From the human T2T-CHM13v2.0 reference genome, Homo sapiens: a stretch of DNA of 64,000 nucleotides. Positions 52,823-64,000 of the stretch are shown piece by piece. The notes beneath the pieces are model-generated. The model did no database searches and had not been told where the DNA came from. It saw only the letters and a list, made by a program, of their open reading frames with translations. The first letter of the stretch is position 1. Each line of letters starts with the position of its first letter. The DNA lies in NCBI RefSeq assembly GCF_009914755.1, contig NC_060925.1; one strand, written 5' to 3'. The position numbers and the translations under genes are program-made.

Positions 52823-53660
52823 TACTTTACAAGAACACTTTAAGCCATTTTGTGAGTTTTTAATATACATGTATATCTATCTGGTACAAATTATAAGGAC
52901 ACAAAAATAAATTTAATCCTTATACTAAGATAATATTTTATTTTTAAAATTGTAACTCAAGTTTAATTTAGTTTTAAGCTATTACTAACTAGAGAAAAAG
53001 GAGAAAAACTTACAGACATGTAAAGTAATGGATCCAGTAGAAAATTTATACAGCTTCTAGTTCTTTTTAAATTATTTCACCAAACATTTATCTATCCACT
53101 TCGTGTTCTGCCATGAAGATGAAGATGCAAATTAAGTACAGATATTATGATGATTTTCAAGTAATTTACAGTTCAGCTGGGGTATTAGAGATACACACAC
53201 AAATGATTTAATTCTGTATAATTTGTGGCTGACTACTAGAATGTATGAAATGAGTAGAGTGAGAATAAACACAGAGTATAGGAAAGGAAAGAAATAAATC
53301 AATGTGGATGGAAGTAGTGAGATGGAATTTTATCCAGACTACATGACAGGGAGAATTTAAAAGAGCAGTCCAACAAAACACACTTCATCATTTTGTTTGA
53401 AACGTAGGCCCCAAATACAAAGCCAAATGTAATTTTTGATTGACCAGGCTGTGGCTTCCCTTTACTAGAATGTATAATAAAGAGTTGACTGTATTTTTAC
53501 ATAATACTTGAAAGCAGAAAGCAAGTTTTCTTGGTTGTGTTTTTATGACTTATTTTTTAAAGAGTTTTGCTAAATCACAAACTGCTACAGATACTCAATT
53601 TTATATGTAATTTTTTCCTTTTTTCTATTCATGTGTTAGTTTGTAACTTACATAAACTAG

Positions 53661-53972
<312 letters not shown>

Positions 53973-55188
53973 TAAGGATGGAAAACTCCTAAAAAATAAA
54001 CCTTTCTGAATTTAAATTTAAATAGTTGCAGATGGTTATTTTCAGATTGTCATAAAGAATAAATATTTATAGATGAGACTCACCTTATTAAGACTCTCTG
54101 AGAGTCCTGGAAACGTAGACTAGACTGAGATAGAAAAAAATTAGTTAACCCTTTGAAGTCTTTATCCAATAATTATTATAAATTATTACTGGCTTTATAT
54201 ATACAGCATATATGTGTACTGTTTAAAGAGTTTATTGTATTATATTTTTTTAATTAAAGATGTTTTGGTGTTTAAACTCATTTTTGTAGATTTAAAGAAT
54301 ATGGTCAATTTTATTTTAACCAAGTAGGCAAGAAACTCCAAATTGTGGCAGAGGAATATGGTAAGATACTCATATTTCCAGTTCAACTTGAATATGACTT
54401 ATTACAGAAATGATAAAATAAGAAAAAATAAATTTATCTAGAATTTTATTTTTAATTTTTAGAACTGAAGTGATTGAAATAAGCATACATATAAGTTACC
54501 ATATAAATAGCAAATTAGTGAATTGTAAATTGTAAGCATACATATAAGTTACCATAGAAATAGCAAATTAGTGAATTGTAAATTGTAAATTGTTCATAAA
54601 ATTTACTAAAGTTTAAGTGGATAATTTACTATATCCTAAACTTTTATTAAATTTAGAATTTTAAAAATGGCTCGCTACCTCTTCTGCCTGCATGAACACT
54701 TTAATTCTACAATTAAAGAGGTTCTGTAATCAGTATGTTCGGAAAAGACCAAATACTGATATAAGATCTTTCTCTAAGATACATATGTGTGTGTTAACAT
54801 GTTAAACAAATAGAGAAGTCCTGAAAGGGAGGGGAGGAAAAAGCCTGTTTAACTTGTTGTAACATGGCATTCTCCAAATTGACCATGAAATGAGTGTGTT
54901 TGTTTTGTGAAACCTCTGTTATTAATGTTTCACAGAATTATTGCTTTTTGGAACACAATTTGTGAAATGCTTTATACCAAAGGTATGCATAGCACTTTTA
55001 TTTGTGATAGATTCCTAGAAATATTCGTGTTAAAATAGCTGAATGTAAAGACAACTAGTAATAAGGAAAACAACTTTAAGAAACTGAATGGCATTCAACC
55101 ACGTACTGTAATATTATTTTCTATCCTGGGATGGAAGTTCAAGCTTACCCTTAAATAAAGTATTACACACATCATTTTTTTAAATTTT

Positions 55189-61755
<6,567 letters not shown>

Positions 61756-63654
61756 TAAGTATTATTCATTTAATATCAGTCACAGTAGCTTTTGTTAGTA
61801 GCAGACCAGCAAGAAAGTTCCAATTTGCGTTAAATATTCCCATTAGAATCCTAATGTATATTTTAAAGATTATTGCTACTTATTTTTTAAGGCAGCTAGT
61901 TTTACTTATTTTTTGATAGATGTAGAAAATTGTACTGGGTACTATATGGAATTAGAGAAGTTGGAAATGCCTGCTATTTTAAAGAGCTTTCCATCTTTGC
62001 TGGTGAGCGAGAGCAGGATAAGAGGTTGGGACATAGGTATTTTAATAGAGATACAAATAATTACTAAAATTGGCTTGGTTTTTTAAATAAAGTCTGTAAT
62101 ATTTTGAAATCATCTTCATATTCTTTACATTGCAGAGACTGAGTGCCAAATGAATGCTATATAAATTGTAAAACAATGGCAAATATTTTCTTTATAATGT
62201 ATTTATTTACTATAAATTTTAAATGTATTTAGTATCTATATATGTTTTCCCAAAACTAAAAAAGTTACTAACTCACATTTTTACAAACCAGAGATATGTA
62301 AACATACATACACACATGCACACACATACATTATTTTGTAGTTACCTGACTACAGATAAATTTATACTTAAATTTATTTTTGAGGAGCTTACTTTTATTT
62401 ATGGATTTGATTTAAACTCTTATGGACTTAATGAATATACATTTACTTTTATTTGCTTTTTTATTTTAACAGTGAAAGAATGTATGTATTAATACTGTGT
62501 CAACAATAATAAATGTATATACATCCTTGACCTTACTCTTAGAAATACCAAAGACACTTGGGCAGTTTAAGACCACTGAGCAGCCATTGCCCATACAATG
62601 CTTTTACATCCCTTAAGACTTGAGCCTACAGAAAAAAAAAAGTCGTAATATTGATTCAATTCTTGCAATATCAAGTCTACCACTTATAAGTATTAACAAT
62701 TGCAAAGTAACCGTGATAACTCCACCTCAATGGAAAACACTGATGTGTGTGGTCTTACCGTCAGTACCCAGCTGACAGTAAATCATGTTTTCAGGATCCA
62801 TTAATAGAAGGCTCATAGGGAAGTTCCGATATCCTATTTATGGAAGTACAGAATGGTTTGAGATGGGAAGGTCTAGCTGTAAAATAATGCAGTAAAAATT
62901 GGGCTTGTGGAGGGGGATTCTTGCATTGAGTCAGAAGGCAGAACTTCTTTCATGGCAGAAATTGTTCCCTGCTAAGCAAATGTGGTAATACTATAATAAA
63001 CTACCACATTTGACTGATAGCTCAGAGTTCATAGAATTTGGGGAGAACACATGCTTAATGCAGAGGATTCTTTGTAATTATCTTTGCATTCTTGATGCTT
63101 TGAGGCTCAGGAAATGTTTGATTCCAGAAGTACTTATAGAACTGTTTTCATAGAGACCATTCTGTCTGACATGAGTTGCATGGCCTCTGATCATGTTTGG
63201 TAACCAAATTATTATCTGTTGCATACCTTCAGTGGCTCATACAAACATGTGACTAACAAAAGATAATGTAATTATCAGCAAATTTCTGGCACTCATGATA
63301 CGAAATAATCTTATAATATGAACATACTATAACCTATATAGTATGTCTAATAAAATATACATATAAATGTATGTATCTTTTGGCTAATGAACATAATTCA
63401 GTGAAAATTGGGTATTAGAATTTTGAAGCATATTGCTTAAGAAAACTAATACTACAAATTTTCATCATTAGAACCTTCTGTATTTTGGGGAATCATACTT
63501 CAAATTGATTATAATCATTCCCAGTCACCCTGCCCAAGAACATCTAGTGGTTCTGCAGTACCTGCCTAGTTTTGAATTCATGACTTTGACCAACCTATTT
63601 GTCAAGATTTGACTCCCACTGTCACCATTTTTCCACCTCCTTTTCTTTAAATGA

Positions 63655-64000
<346 letters not shown>

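Noticed and set aside
52780-52862. taagccattttgtgagtttt echo of the 31.2/34.2-kb repeat
   Set aside because: The match is about 20 bp with a gap and does not extend; probably chance.
54815-54972. Possible ancient hAT MITE
   Set aside because: Only a terminus-like cacaatttgtgaaatgct is visible; family and ends cannot be supported.

Overview
Primate (almost certainly human) genomic DNA from inside the MARK1 (PAR-1c / MAP-microtubule affinity-regulating kinase 1) gene on the + strand. The window holds the 3' part of intron 1, coding exons 2-6 (kinase N-lobe, hinge, start of C-lobe; exon numbering recalled, not derivable from the window) and much of intron 6. Most of the rest is interspersed repeat: an old ERV-L remnant, L2, MIR, L1M, a full-length antisense L1PA6-like element, about 16 Alus, MaLR solo LTRs and DNA-transposon MITEs. 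There is also a 7SL retropseudogene and a heavily decayed RPL23A processed pseudogene. I see no prokaryote-type system, no CRISPR array and no new protein-coding gene. The most unusual items are: (1) a ~480-bp GC-rich island resembling the X-linked MAGE 5' repeat module, present as converging copies with strong splice donors; (2) an L1 antisense ORF0 frame whose donor is in phase with the next MARK1 exon; (3) inverted Alu pairs bracketing each frame-symmetric kinase exon; (4) a 108-bp, 93.5%-identical inverted templated duplication with repair-type scars. Repeat subfamily names come from recalled consensus sequences, and repeat boundaries are approximate.
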